This document shows, piece after piece, positions 36,342 to 45,486 of a DNA stretch of 64,000 bases. This DNA is from a bacterium (lineage in GTDB: Bacteria > Patescibacteriota > Patescibacteriia > Buchananbacterales > GWA2-38-13), in NCBI GenBank assembly GCA_030648715.1, contig JAUSGZ010000014.1, positions 1,055 through 65,054 of the forward strand, read 5' to 3'. How positions within the stretch are numbered: the first letter of the stretch is position 1; the number at the start of each line of letters is the position of its first letter. Made by a program: the position numbers and the translations under genes. Under the pieces are notes generated by a model. It was not told where the DNA came from. It was given only the letters and a program-made list of their open reading frames with translations, and did no database searches.

Positions 36342-36441
36342 AAAAATCCCGTACGCGGGATTTTTTGGTGCTCAGGGCACCACAAACCTTGGCAGACGTG
36401 CGTGGCGCTAAACCTATTTTTGCATCGCATGCTAGGATACT

Positions 36442-38103
36442 ATGAGTACTGTTCCCATGCACTACCAATTTCTGCCGAAATCTACCCCCAGGAATAAAAA
36501 GGAAATTATTTTCCGATTATATTTGTATCCGCTGACAGCCATTCTATCGCTGCTGCTTTTGTTTTTTTCCAATCCGAACCGCCTTGCTCATGACCAGATC
36601 GACCACAAATTGTTTTTCATGATATATGACCAGCCAAGCTTGTTTGCTGATGATTACCTCTGGGGTAGTGAACGTCGAAATCTGGTAGACAACCGCTATT
36701 CTTTCACGATAATCAAAAAAATAGGGCAATTCACAGGTAGCGATGAAGTAGCTCGATGGTTACTCGTTCCGTTCGCTTTCTTTTTCTTTACGATCGGTAT
36801 GTTTGAGTTTACGAGGATGATAACCAAGGAATATTTCTTTAGTTACCTTGTCGCAGTGCTTTCAAACATTCATATCCCTCATGTTTTTTCTGCAGAATGG
36901 GGTCTACCTGGACCATCGGAAATTGACCCATGGGTTTTTTATCAATCACTGACACCACTCATCTTGGCTATTTTTTATAAAGGTCTGGTTTCCGGAAAAG
37001 ATTGGATGATAGTGGTGAGCTTTGCAATCGCAGGTTTACTGGGAAACCTTCACATTATTTCAGCTTTTTACCTCATCGGAATACTATTTATTAGCTATAT
37101 AGTTTCACGTGGAACTAATAGTAAATATATATTAAAATCGTTAATTTACGCTGTATTAAGTGGAATATTATCATTACCATACGTTTTGCGACATTATTTA
37201 GATAAAATACCACACCCAGTTTCATTTAATTCATCGAACGCTGAGGCATGGGACGCGATCAACGTAATTGCCGGCCATACAACACTGAACGGCCGTATTG
37301 CCAATCTCAATGCCTGGGTAATAGGCGAGTGGTACTTATTTTGGCCTTTCGTGGCTGCACTGGTGGCACTTCTGCTCATCGTGCGACGCTGGCGCCTTAT
37401 TGGCATTTCACCGTTCACCAAGTTTGCTGTACGTTTCATTCTCGCGACCGTTCTCTTCAATACCGCCTTTTCCGCATTGCAAATTTTCCGGCTGTACGTT
37501 CTTCACCAACTGCCGTTCTGGAACGAGCCCCGCGGCATGCAGCTGATCTATTTCGTTTTCTTTCCGGCCCTGGGATTACTTGGGACAGTACTCTGGCAAC
37601 GGACGCGAGTTTGGTGGAACTTCGAACGGCAACTTATCGTACTTGCGATCGCTATATTGACTGTCAGTATCGGAGTTCGCGTTAATCTGCCGCTGCTGGC
37701 CGACCGGTACCGGGACCACATTACCCCACGTTACAGTTTTAATACCTGCGATGCGCAACTTTACTTCGCGTTCAACCATGCGTCACTACCGCCAGGTCCG
37801 GTATTGATCGACCCAGGCTATTGGAGCGCGTTTCGCATCTGCACCGGACGCTCGGTAGTCGTGCAAAACCGCGACAAAGCGTTCGCTTATTCGCAAGGCG
37901 CAGATACCATGATGGAATGGTACCGTCGCTTCAGAGAGGCGAACACGGGATTTGCATCCGGGGGGGAGGGTCTGCTGCAAACGGCAAAAAAATATGGGTC
38001 ACGAGTTATCGTTAGCCGAAATTGCGTGCCACTGCCGACGGATGTGGACATTCGGCGCACCAGCGTCGGCAACGAGGGTTGCATTGACGCCCTTCCTGAC
38101 TGA
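36442..38103 (+). CDS. hypothetical large polytopic membrane protein (~14 TM), AT-rich; possible glycan polymerase/GT-C-like
   Basis: 553 aa ORF with low GC relative to neighbours. Hydrophobic segments throughout. No diagnostic motif. Confidence 0.5.
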   Translation: MSTVPMHYQFLPKSTPRNKKEIIFRLYLYPLTAILSLLLLFFSNPNRLAHDQIDHKLFFMIYDQPSLFADDYLWGSERRNLVDNRYSFTIIKKIGQFTGSDEVARWLLVPFAFFFFTIGMFEFTRMITKEYFFSYLVAVLSNIHIPHVFSAEWGLPGPSEIDPWVFYQSLTPLILAIFYKGLVSGKDWMIVVSFAIAGLLGNLHIISAFYLIGILFISYIVSRGTNSKYILKSLIYAVLSGILSLPYVLRHYLDKIPHPVSFNSSNAEAWDAINVIAGHTTLNGRIANLNAWVIGEWYLFWPFVAALVALLLIVRRWRLIGISPFTKFAVRFILATVLFNTAFSALQIFRLYVLHQLPFWNEPRGMQLIYFVFFPALGLLGTVLWQRTRVWWNFERQLIVLAIAILTVSIGVRVNLPLLADRYRDHITPRYSFNTCDAQLYFAFNHASLPPGPVLIDPGYWSAFRICTGRSVVVQNRDKAFAYSQGADTMMEWYRRFREANTGFASGGEGLLQTAKKYGSRVIVSRNCVPLPTDVDIRRTSVGNEGCIDALPD

Positions 38104-38327
38104 ATAATATTTCGTTTTGTAAAGGGTTAAGCAGCGCTCCATTCGCTCAACATGGAAATATCTGTTCAGGCTGGCTGAATGAATCAAAAGTCAAGGGTGA
38201 ACAACAATGGGGTGCAGTACAATTCAAGTGTTTTTATGTTGCCGGCTGCTAAAACATTTTTTTAAGACGGGTAAATAATTTGTCGCGGACATTATTCCAG
38301 AGAGTTTAAACGGAATTTAAAAATAAG

Positions 38328-38356
38328 AAAAAAATGGCCCAAAGAGGCCATTTTTT
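38328..38356. terminator. bidirectional rho-independent terminator
   Basis: aaaaaaatggccc-aaag-aggccatttttt. Confidence 0.6.
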
Positions 38357-38371
38357 GTCGACTAAAAAAAA

Positions 38372-39259
38372 TTACTTTTGTGCGAACAAAACCAGATTTC
38401 CGGCGTACATTTTCAACCTCACATCAAGACCGGGCCTTTGGAGGAGTCGCAGCAGGAATAGTTTCATCTTTTTCGGTAACGGAAATAACCGCACCCAGTA
38501 AGAAAGATTATGAATGTTGAATGCGCTGTTCACTTCGCGCACGGTGAATCCGTGCTTTTCAAACAGCGCCCGCATCGTCCGCTTATCGTAGAGGTAGGTA
38601 TGTTCGATATCGATGATCGGGCTGGCGCGGCCTAAAAGTTTTGCCGACCAGGCGCCGACGTTGTGGTTAAAGAACAACGCCACTCCGTTTTTTTTCAACA
38701 GCCCGCGGCAGGATGCCAGCACCGCGTTGGGGTCCGGCAAATGGTCCAGGGTCTGGAAGCAGCAGATGACGTCAAAGTACTCATTGGGGAACAGCCCCGG
38801 GCGGATAACGTCGACCAGGATGTGCGGACGAAGTTCCGGGGGCGCTTTTTCTACCGATTTTTCCCCCGGCTCGACCCCATAGACTTCCGCGTAACCCTGC
38901 CGCTGCGCCTCGTCGAGAAAGAAACCGTTGCCGCAGCCGATCTCGAGCAGGCGTTCCTTCTCCGCATGGTAGCGCGCCACCTGCTGCAGGTAATGGCCGT
39001 ACGTGCGCACCAGGTTCTCGACCTGCGCATCGTAACTGACAAAGCTTTTGCGATACCACGCGTTGATCTTTTCCACTTCCAGGATCGGATTGGAGTAGAT
39101 CAGGCCGCAGCGGTTGCAACGCACGATACGGTAATGGATACGGTCGGGCAGTCGGCGCGCCGAAAATATCTTCTCGTCGAGAAGCTGCACGTCGAAATTC
39201 TCTTGATAGACGACCGCGAAGTCGCTGCGCTCACACAGCGCACAATTTTGCTGTACCAT
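38372..39259 (-). CDS. class I SAM-dependent methyltransferase with N-terminal zinc-ribbon
   Basis: 295 aa. CALCER...CNRCG (Cx2C...Cx2C), motif I LLEIGCGNGFF, and an acidic motif II. Confidence 0.75.
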   Translation of the reverse strand: MVQQNCALCERSDFAVVYQENFDVQLLDEKIFSARRLPDRIHYRIVRCNRCGLIYSNPILEVEKINAWYRKSFVSYDAQVENLVRTYGHYLQQVARYHAEKERLLEIGCGNGFFLDEAQRQGYAEVYGVEPGEKSVEKAPPELRPHILVDVIRPGLFPNEYFDVICCFQTLDHLPDPNAVLASCRGLLKKNGVALFFNHNVGAWSAKLLGRASPIIDIEHTYLYDKRTMRALFEKHGFTVREVNSAFNIHNLSYWVRLFPLPKKMKLFLLRLLQRPGLDVRLKMYAGNLVLFAQK

Positions 39260-39304
39260 GAATCCTTGAGTATGCTACTATTGACCCTGTATTTTGGCGC
39301 AGCT

Positions 39305-40090
39305 ATGGACCAAATCCAGCTCCACGAAAACTTGCGGCGCACGATGATCCGCATCGCGCACGCCAGTAAATCGGGCCATACCCACATCGGATCGTGCTTG
39401 TCGTGCATCGACATCGTAGCACAAACGATACTATTTGAAATGCGGCGAAACGACAAATTCATCCTCTCGAAAGGCCATGCTTCGCTGGCGCTGTATGTTG
39501 TGTTGCGCGAAAAAAAGCGGATCACCGACGAAATGCTGGACAGCTATTTTTGCGACGGCGGGCATTTCGGCATCCATCCGCCGTCATCACTCCCTGACGA
39601 CATCCCATTGCCGACCGGCAGCCTCGGACACGGGCTGTCATTCGGCTGCGGCGTCGCCAAAGGATTCCTCTACCGGCGAAAAAAGCCGCTGCCGCGCGTA
39701 TTCGTCCTGCTCTCTGATGGTGAATGCAATGAAGGCGCCGTCTGGGAGGCGGCAATGTTTGCCAGCCACCACCAACTGAACAATTTGGTCGCCCTGATCG
39801 ACCGCAACGGCTGGCAGGCCTTCGGCCGGACGAAAGAAGTGTTAGGCGACGCGGCGGCCCCGGACAAATGGCGGGCGTTCGGATTCAATACCTACCGCGT
39901 GAACGGCCACCGAATTTCCGACCTGCAGGCGGTATTCAAAAATATCCGCGTTAACCGCAACGGCAAACCGCACGCAGTCATCTGCGATACCGTGCGGGGC
40001 AAGGGCATTAAAACTCTACACGACCAGCTGCACTCCAATTATACGACCGTGGATACCGCCATGCTGCTGCAGGCGACGGGTTCCCACTAG
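39305..40090 (+). CDS. transketolase, N-terminal (TPP-binding) subunit of a split transketolase
   Basis: About 261 aa from MDQIQLHE. GH(T/A)HIGSCLS, LSKGHASLALY, SLGHGL, LLSDGECNEGAVWEA (TPP-binding GDG-like). The upstream part of the long +ORF is antisense to the methyltransferase and was discarded. Confidence 0.8.
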   Translation: MDQIQLHENLRRTMIRIAHASKSGHTHIGSCLSCIDIVAQTILFEMRRNDKFILSKGHASLALYVVLREKKRITDEMLDSYFCDGGHFGIHPPSSLPDDIPLPTGSLGHGLSFGCGVAKGFLYRRKKPLPRVFVLLSDGECNEGAVWEAAMFASHHQLNNLVALIDRNGWQAFGRTKEVLGDAAAPDKWRAFGFNTYRVNGHRISDLQAVFKNIRVNRNGKPHAVICDTVRGKGIKTLHDQLHSNYTTVDTAMLLQATGSH

Positions 40091-40091
40091 T

Positions 40092-40997
40092 ATGCGGGTT
40101 GCTTTCGCCAAATCTTTTTTGACGGTCGCCGCCAGAGATCCGCGCGTGATCTTTTTGACCGGCGACCTCGGATTCAACGCGTTCGAGCCGCTACAGCGCC
40201 GGCTGAAGAACCGCTTCATCAACGCCGGGGTCGCCGAACACAACATGGTGACCGCGGCGGCGGGCTTGGCCTATACGGGGTTGCAACCATGGGTGTACAG
40301 TATCGCGCCGTTCGTCACGATCAAGGTGGTGGAAGAGATCCGCAACGACATCTGCCTGCAAGGCGCCAACGTGAAGATCGTCGGGCTGGGCGGCGGCTAT
40401 GACTATGGCCTGGCCGGGCCGACGCACCACGCGCTTCAGGACGTAGCCGCGATCCTGTCATTGCCCAACATCAAGGTCTACGCGCCAGGGTTCGCGCAGG
40501 ATGTGGCGGTCATTGTCGGAAAAATGCACCGGGAGAAAACGCCGGCGTACCTGCGGCTGACGAAGGGCCAGCCCACGGACCTGCGGCTGCCGCCCTATGC
40601 ACCGAGCCGCCGTATTGCGAAAGGCGCCAAGATGACGGTCGTCGCCCTGGGCTCCATCGCGAGACCGATTTGCGAGCTGGTCGCGCAAAAGGCCGTGCCG
40701 GCGGGGACCATTGACCTGTGGGTGGTCTCCGAACTGCCGCAAGAACTTCCGCCACAGCTGTTCCGATCCATCCGCCAGACCAAAACCCTGGCCGTCGTGG
40801 AGGAACACGTAAAAACCGGCGGTTTGGGGCAGTGGATCGCCCACACGCTCATTGAGCGCGGCATCCCGGTTTCCCGCTTCATCCATCTGTATGCCAAGGG
40901 GTATGCCACGAAACGCTACGGCAGCCACGAGTTCTATCTGCGACAGACCGGACTGGACAAGGGAAGCATTGCGCGGACGCTCCGCCGCTCCCTGTAA
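40092..40997 (+). CDS. transketolase, C-terminal (pyrimidine-binding) subunit
   Basis: 301 aa. FINAGVAEHNMVTAAAGLA, IAPFVT, GPTHHALQDVA are typical of the transketolase central/C-terminal domain. The start is 1 nt after the N-subunit stop. Confidence 0.8.
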   Translation: MRVAFAKSFLTVAARDPRVIFLTGDLGFNAFEPLQRRLKNRFINAGVAEHNMVTAAAGLAYTGLQPWVYSIAPFVTIKVVEEIRNDICLQGANVKIVGLGGGYDYGLAGPTHHALQDVAAILSLPNIKVYAPGFAQDVAVIVGKMHREKTPAYLRLTKGQPTDLRLPPYAPSRRIAKGAKMTVVALGSIARPICELVAQKAVPAGTIDLWVVSELPQELPPQLFRSIRQTKTLAVVEEHVKTGGLGQWIAHTLIERGIPVSRFIHLYAKGYATKRYGSHEFYLRQTGLDKGSIARTLRRSL

Positions 40998-41032
40998 ACC
41001 GTCAATTTCTGACGACCCTGGCGCGCCACATC

Positions 41033-41971
41033 TTGAAACTGCGCGGTCCCATCGCTGTTTTCGGCGCCGGCGGTTTTGTCGGGGTTAATTTGCTGCAAAC
41101 GCTGCGGGAACAACGTTCGGACGTCATCGGTTATTCCCAAGCGCCCGCCAGATCCTGGCGGCTCCGCCAGGCCAAGATCCCAACGACCTGCCTGGAAAAA
41201 ATTGACCTGCTGCAGCCCGCGCAGCTTGCCCGTACGTTGGCGCGTCACCGGCCCCAGACGGTCTTCAACCTCGCGGCCTACGGCGCCTACGCCAAACAAA
41301 AGGATATCGCCAAGATCCACGCCACGAATTTTCTCTCCACGGTCAACTGCCTGGAGCTCCTGAAACGGCGCGGATTTGCAGCTTACCTCCACGCCGGTTC
41401 CCAATCGGAGTATGGGCTCAATGCCGCCGGACCGCGCGAGGACGCCGAGCTGGTCCCCAACAGCCACTACGCCGTCTCCAAGACCGCCGCCTACTACCTA
41501 ATGAAATACTACGGGAAGGTGGAACGATTGCCGGTCGCCCATGTCCGCCTCTACTCGGTGTACGGCCCGTGGGAAGAACCCGACCGGTTGATCCCCACCC
41601 TCATCCGCGCGGCGAAACAAAAAAAGTTGCCGCAGTTCGTCGCGGCCGACATTTCCCGCGACTTCGTGTACGTCGACGACGCCGTGGCGGCCCTTATCGC
41701 GGTGGCGGCCACCCTGCAGCGGAAAAACTACGGGGAGGCCTTCAATATTGCGACCGGTACGAAGACCACGATGCGCGAGCTGGCGGCCCTGACCAAGGAG
41801 CTGTTTTCCATCCCGCAGCGGCCGGCGTTCGGCACCATGCGCAACCGCGGCTGGGACGTCCGTGATTGGTACGGGAACCCGGCCAAGCTGCAGCGCACCA
41901 CCGGCTGGAAGGCGGCAACGACGCTCGCCCAGGGCCTGAAGCGCTGCTACGACCATGCAGGACGCGCCTGA
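41033..41971 (+). CDS. NAD-dependent epimerase/dehydratase (extended SDR)
   Basis: 312 aa. VFGAGGFVGVNL, YAVSKTAAY (YxxxK). Confidence 0.75.
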   Translation: MKLRGPIAVFGAGGFVGVNLLQTLREQRSDVIGYSQAPARSWRLRQAKIPTTCLEKIDLLQPAQLARTLARHRPQTVFNLAAYGAYAKQKDIAKIHATNFLSTVNCLELLKRRGFAAYLHAGSQSEYGLNAAGPREDAELVPNSHYAVSKTAAYYLMKYYGKVERLPVAHVRLYSVYGPWEEPDRLIPTLIRAAKQKKLPQFVAADISRDFVYVDDAVAALIAVAATLQRKNYGEAFNIATGTKTTMRELAALTKELFSIPQRPAFGTMRNRGWDVRDWYGNPAKLQRTTGWKAATTLAQGLKRCYDHAGRA

Positions 41972-42665
41972 ATTTTCCATTGTCTTTCCGGTCCTCAACC
42001 AGGAAGACCACATTGAACGCGTCATCCGCGCCTACCATGCGGCGCTGCAAGACGCCAATTTTTCGTTTGAATTGATCCCCGTGGTCAACGGAACCACCGA
42101 CCGCAGCTACGCCATCTGCCAGCAGCTGGAGCGGACACTCCCGGAAATACGCGCGTTCCGGCTGCAGGGAGCCGGGTACGGGCTGGGCATTCTCCACGGG
42201 CTGGCGCAGGCAAGAGGGAAGTACCTCGGCTACCTCAACTGCGCCCGTATCACGGCGGAAGACCTCGTGATGTGCTTGCGGCAATTCCAGACCAACCCGG
42301 CGGCTATCGTACATGGAGTGCGCGTCCAGCGGAGCGCGGTGCAGCGTACGATCCTGTCGGTCGGCTACAGCACGCTCTGCCGGCTCATTTTCCGGCTCAA
42401 GACCTCGGACGTGAATGGCAACCCCAACTTTTTCTCGCGCCTGTGGTACGAGAAGTTCCACCTGCGCAGCACCGACAGCATGATCGACGTGGAGTTGCAG
42501 GACAACGTGGGCAAGGCCGACGCGCCGCTCATCGAAGTCCCCATCCACAGCTACCGGCGGCACGGCGGCATCTCCACGACGACATTCTGGACCACGTTCC
42601 GGCTGCTGAAAGAGGGAATCCACTACTGGTGGAGAACAAGGATCCTAAAAAACGACCAACGGTAA
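41955..42665 (+). CDS. family 2 glycosyltransferase (GT-A)
   Basis: 236 aa. FSIVFPVLNQEDHI is a GT2 N-terminal signature. Overlaps the epimerase stop, suggesting translational coupling. Confidence 0.75.
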   Translation: MQDAPEFSIVFPVLNQEDHIERVIRAYHAALQDANFSFELIPVVNGTTDRSYAICQQLERTLPEIRAFRLQGAGYGLGILHGLAQARGKYLGYLNCARITAEDLVMCLRQFQTNPAAIVHGVRVQRSAVQRTILSVGYSTLCRLIFRLKTSDVNGNPNFFSRLWYEKFHLRSTDSMIDVELQDNVGKADAPLIEVPIHSYRRHGGISTTTFWTTFRLLKEGIHYWWRTRILKNDQR

Positions 42666-42694
42666 AAAAACCGCCCGCTCGGGCGGTTTTTTTA
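42664..42694 (+). terminator. rho-independent terminator
   Basis: aaaaaaaccgcccg-ctc-gggcggttttttt. Confidence 0.7.
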
Positions 42695-42777
42695 CCGACC
42701 CCCGTTGACAAATCCAGCCGTCGTTGCCATACTTGCTACGGCGTTTCCCAACCGCGGTTCTTTTACGGAGGTACAGA

Positions 42778-43004
42778 TGGCCTACGAACATTTGAACGAT
42801 GAACAACTGCGACAGCGGATCAAGGAGCTCGAAGCGCAAGGCTTCACCGGCTTGAACAACGCCGAACTCCACCTGCTGAATATCGCGCAGACGTCCCGCA
42901 TGTCTGACGCGGATCTGCTGGCGAAAATCCGCGAACGCCGCGCTCAGGGCAAACCAACCGGCAAGCTCGAAGCCGCCGCCCGCCAACGCGGGCTTTCCAT
43001 CTAG
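42778..43004 (+). CDS. small hypothetical helical protein (75 aa)
   Basis: MAYEHLNDEQLRQRIKELEAQGF... RBS ggagg 8 nt upstream. Bracketed by two terminators. A longer alternative start at 42705 lacks an RBS. Confidence 0.5.
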
Positions 43005-43024
43005 CACACTCGCACGCACCCCCA

Positions 43025-43057
43025 GAGGCTGGCACACCCAGCCTCGCATTTTTTTAT
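43025..43057. terminator. bidirectional rho-independent terminator
   Basis: gaggctgg-cacac-ccagcctc followed by gcattttttta. Confidence 0.6.
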
Positions 43058-45120
43058 TCCTCGAGCTGCGCGGAGATCAGCCGATAAATATCCAGCGTCT
43101 CCAGCTGCTCAGACAATACGTACGCGGACGGCAGCATCGTGCGGAAAAGATTCAATTCGTTGGCCCGCTGCCGCTGGAAATCATCGAAGGCGTCGCGGCC
43201 GTTGCCGACCAGCACGGCTTCGGGCTGCAGGCGAGTAACGGCGTCCGCCAGCACCCGCAGGTCGGCGGGCGTGTAGAGGTTGAAACTGTAATACACCGGC
43301 AGCGCGTTCACTTTACCCGCATAGTAAAGGAGTTTGCTGTCGTTGATGTGCACGAGCGCCACCCGCGATCCCGCAAACTCGCGAGCGATGATTTCCGCAT
43401 CACGGACCAGCACGTCTTCGTTGGCGGGGACGCGGCGGAAACTGGCGGCGACCGCGGCGTAGTCACGGTTGCCGAATTCTACCGGCAGCTTGACCAGGAT
43501 GAGCCCGAGGAAGAACGCCGCGACCGCGTATGCACCGGCAGCCGCCAGACGGCGGGACGACCCCGCCAGTTGGGGAAGGTAACGGTCGACCAGGACGGCA
43601 ATGACCACCACCCACGGCCAGGCGACAAAATACAGTTGCTGCCAGGTAGATTCGCCAATGTAGTACACCATCGAGAGCGCACCGTAGGCGGCAATAAAAA
43701 GCAGCGGCCCATCCAAGGGCATGCCGCTCAACAGTCTACGCGCCTGTGCGACCAGCACGGCAAGATAGGTGAGCACGAGCACCTGGAAAAGTCCGAACAT
43801 CGGCAGCGGGGACACGAAGTATCCCTGGGTCACCTGCCGGAGCTCACGCAGGTAGTGCAACCAATCCGGCGCAGCACCCACGGTAACGATGTTGGCCAGC
43901 GTGATCATCCCGAATACCGCCGCCGCGAACGCAAGGTAGATACCCCCCAGCCGCCGGACTCGCGAAAGCAGCGGCGCGGAACTGGAAGCTGCGAGGGAAA
44001 TCAGCACGGCGCCGCCCACCGCCAGCCCGGTATCCAAATTCCAAAAAAGCGCCAATGCCGCCCAGGCCAGCGCCAAGCGCGCCGACGCCCAGCGACCGTG
44101 CCGGGCAAACGACTGCACGCACCACCACGCCGGCACCACCAGCCAGAACCGGAACGGGGTCATGGCGGGGAAGAGGTACGCGCTGCGCGTCGGGCTGGTC
44201 TGGAACAACAACAGAAGCGCAAACACCGCCAGCGTCGTTACCGCGGCCAGTACGGACGACGTCAGCGACCGCCGCAGCACGGCAAATAGGCCGGCCAAGA
44301 ACCCAAAAAATACGACCGCCAGCAGCAGCGAGAACGCCGGATACGCGAAAGGCAGCACCCAGCGGAATATGGCGGAGATCGCGTAGTGGTTCAGCACCCC
44401 GTACAAACTGGACGTCTCATACAGCAGCGCCTTGCCATGCAGCTGGTCGTTGACCGGCGCCAAAAAATAGTTGTAGTGATGGTAGTCGACGGGGAAATTC
44501 GGATGCCACACGAGCAACGCGAGCAAGGGTAGCAGCAGCCACCACCCGCGCGCGAAGGCCCGGTCCACGAATGGCGGAACACGCACGGGCAGCGGGCGAC
44601 GGGAAAACGCGTACGCGGCGGCAAAAACGACCGCGGCCACGCCGACCAGGGCAACGGACGAAAACAGCCGTTTCGTGGTTAGCAGCCACAGCGCGCGGCC
44701 AAGCCCACGCGCCTGCACGTAGCCCAGCGCCGTTGAAAAAAATCCTGCCAATTTTCCGACCGGCGCAACGGGGGCAAGTGTGAAAACGACGAGCACCGCG
44801 CCAGCCACGACGACCCACCGCCGCGCCGAGCGGGGCACCGCGGCCGCGCAACGCTCCAACACCCATTTGCCCGCGAAGGCCAAGATGGGGATGACCAGGT
44901 ACCCGGCCAAGTAGAGCGGGATCTCATACGGCTCGGGATGCAAAAAACCCGGCCCGAAACTGGCAAACAGCGTCGGGGGCCGGTGGAATCCCCGGTACAG
45001 GTAATCCTGCAGCAGCCGCGCGCCCGCGAAGTAACCGACAACGGCCGCCGCCAGCCCCCAAAAAAAATACGCTCCGCGACCGCGGTTGAGCGCTAACAGC
45101 CATGACGTACGGGGCACCAT
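43054..45120 (-). CDS. large polytopic membrane protein of unknown family (paralog A; N-terminal ~12 TM + ~250-aa C-terminal soluble domain). Possible GT-C-type glycosyltransferase/polymerase.
   Basis: 688 aa. Shares collinear similarity with the 49994..52063 product, e.g. HPEPYEIPLYLAGYL / LPEPWEMPLFLAGYL, LWLLTTKRL, LYETS..YG.LN.YA. Confidence 0.65.
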   Translation of the reverse strand: MVPRTSWLLALNRGRGAYFFWGLAAAVVGYFAGARLLQDYLYRGFHRPPTLFASFGPGFLHPEPYEIPLYLAGYLVIPILAFAGKWVLERCAAAVPRSARRWVVVAGAVLVVFTLAPVAPVGKLAGFFSTALGYVQARGLGRALWLLTTKRLFSSVALVGVAAVVFAAAYAFSRRPLPVRVPPFVDRAFARGWWLLLPLLALLVWHPNFPVDYHHYNYFLAPVNDQLHGKALLYETSSLYGVLNHYAISAIFRWVLPFAYPAFSLLLAVVFFGFLAGLFAVLRRSLTSSVLAAVTTLAVFALLLLFQTSPTRSAYLFPAMTPFRFWLVVPAWWCVQSFARHGRWASARLALAWAALALFWNLDTGLAVGGAVLISLAASSSAPLLSRVRRLGGIYLAFAAAVFGMITLANIVTVGAAPDWLHYLRELRQVTQGYFVSPLPMFGLFQVLVLTYLAVLVAQARRLLSGMPLDGPLLFIAAYGALSMVYYIGESTWQQLYFVAWPWVVVIAVLVDRYLPQLAGSSRRLAAAGAYAVAAFFLGLILVKLPVEFGNRDYAAVAASFRRVPANEDVLVRDAEIIAREFAGSRVALVHINDSKLLYYAGKVNALPVYYSFNLYTPADLRVLADAVTRLQPEAVLVGNGRDAFDDFQRQRANELNLFRTMLPSAYVLSEQLETLDIYRLISAQLEE

Positions 45121-45486
45121 AATTGACAGGGGAATCCTTCACCACTATACTAGGGATTCTGTTCTCTCAAAAGAGCGGATGACCGCGTCGGGCAATTTCG
45201 GAAAAGGGGACGCTTTCCCCTGCCAGCGCCTACCAAGCAGCAAGGGTTCTCTCCTTGCGACCGCCCCAACGTCCGGCAGACGTGCCTACGCCCGTCAATG
45301 TTTTGCACGGCGGGCGAAAGCGCATCGGAGTATGCAGAGGCAAACGCCGGTTTCCTTACCGGCGCTGACGAAGAGGTGCGCTGCAGTGACGCGCGCGGTA
45401 CCTACCCGTATTCCGAGGGTCAGTCTTGGCCGTTCTCCGCTCTTTCTTTGCCGCGCCCGTTGGGATTCTTCCCGACGGGCGTTTTT

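Noticed and set aside
36241-36468. 75-aa minus ORF with GGIEPPPPQCECGVLPLYY
   Set aside because: It is the antisense reading of tRNA-Ala and its terminator.
38663-39304. 5' part of + ORF 38663..40090
   Set aside because: It is antisense to the zinc-ribbon methyltransferase. The transketolase N-subunit starts at 39305.
43348-44289. 313-aa + ORF (Arg/Gln/His-rich)
   Set aside because: It is antisense to the 688-aa membrane protein. It has a low-complexity basic composition.
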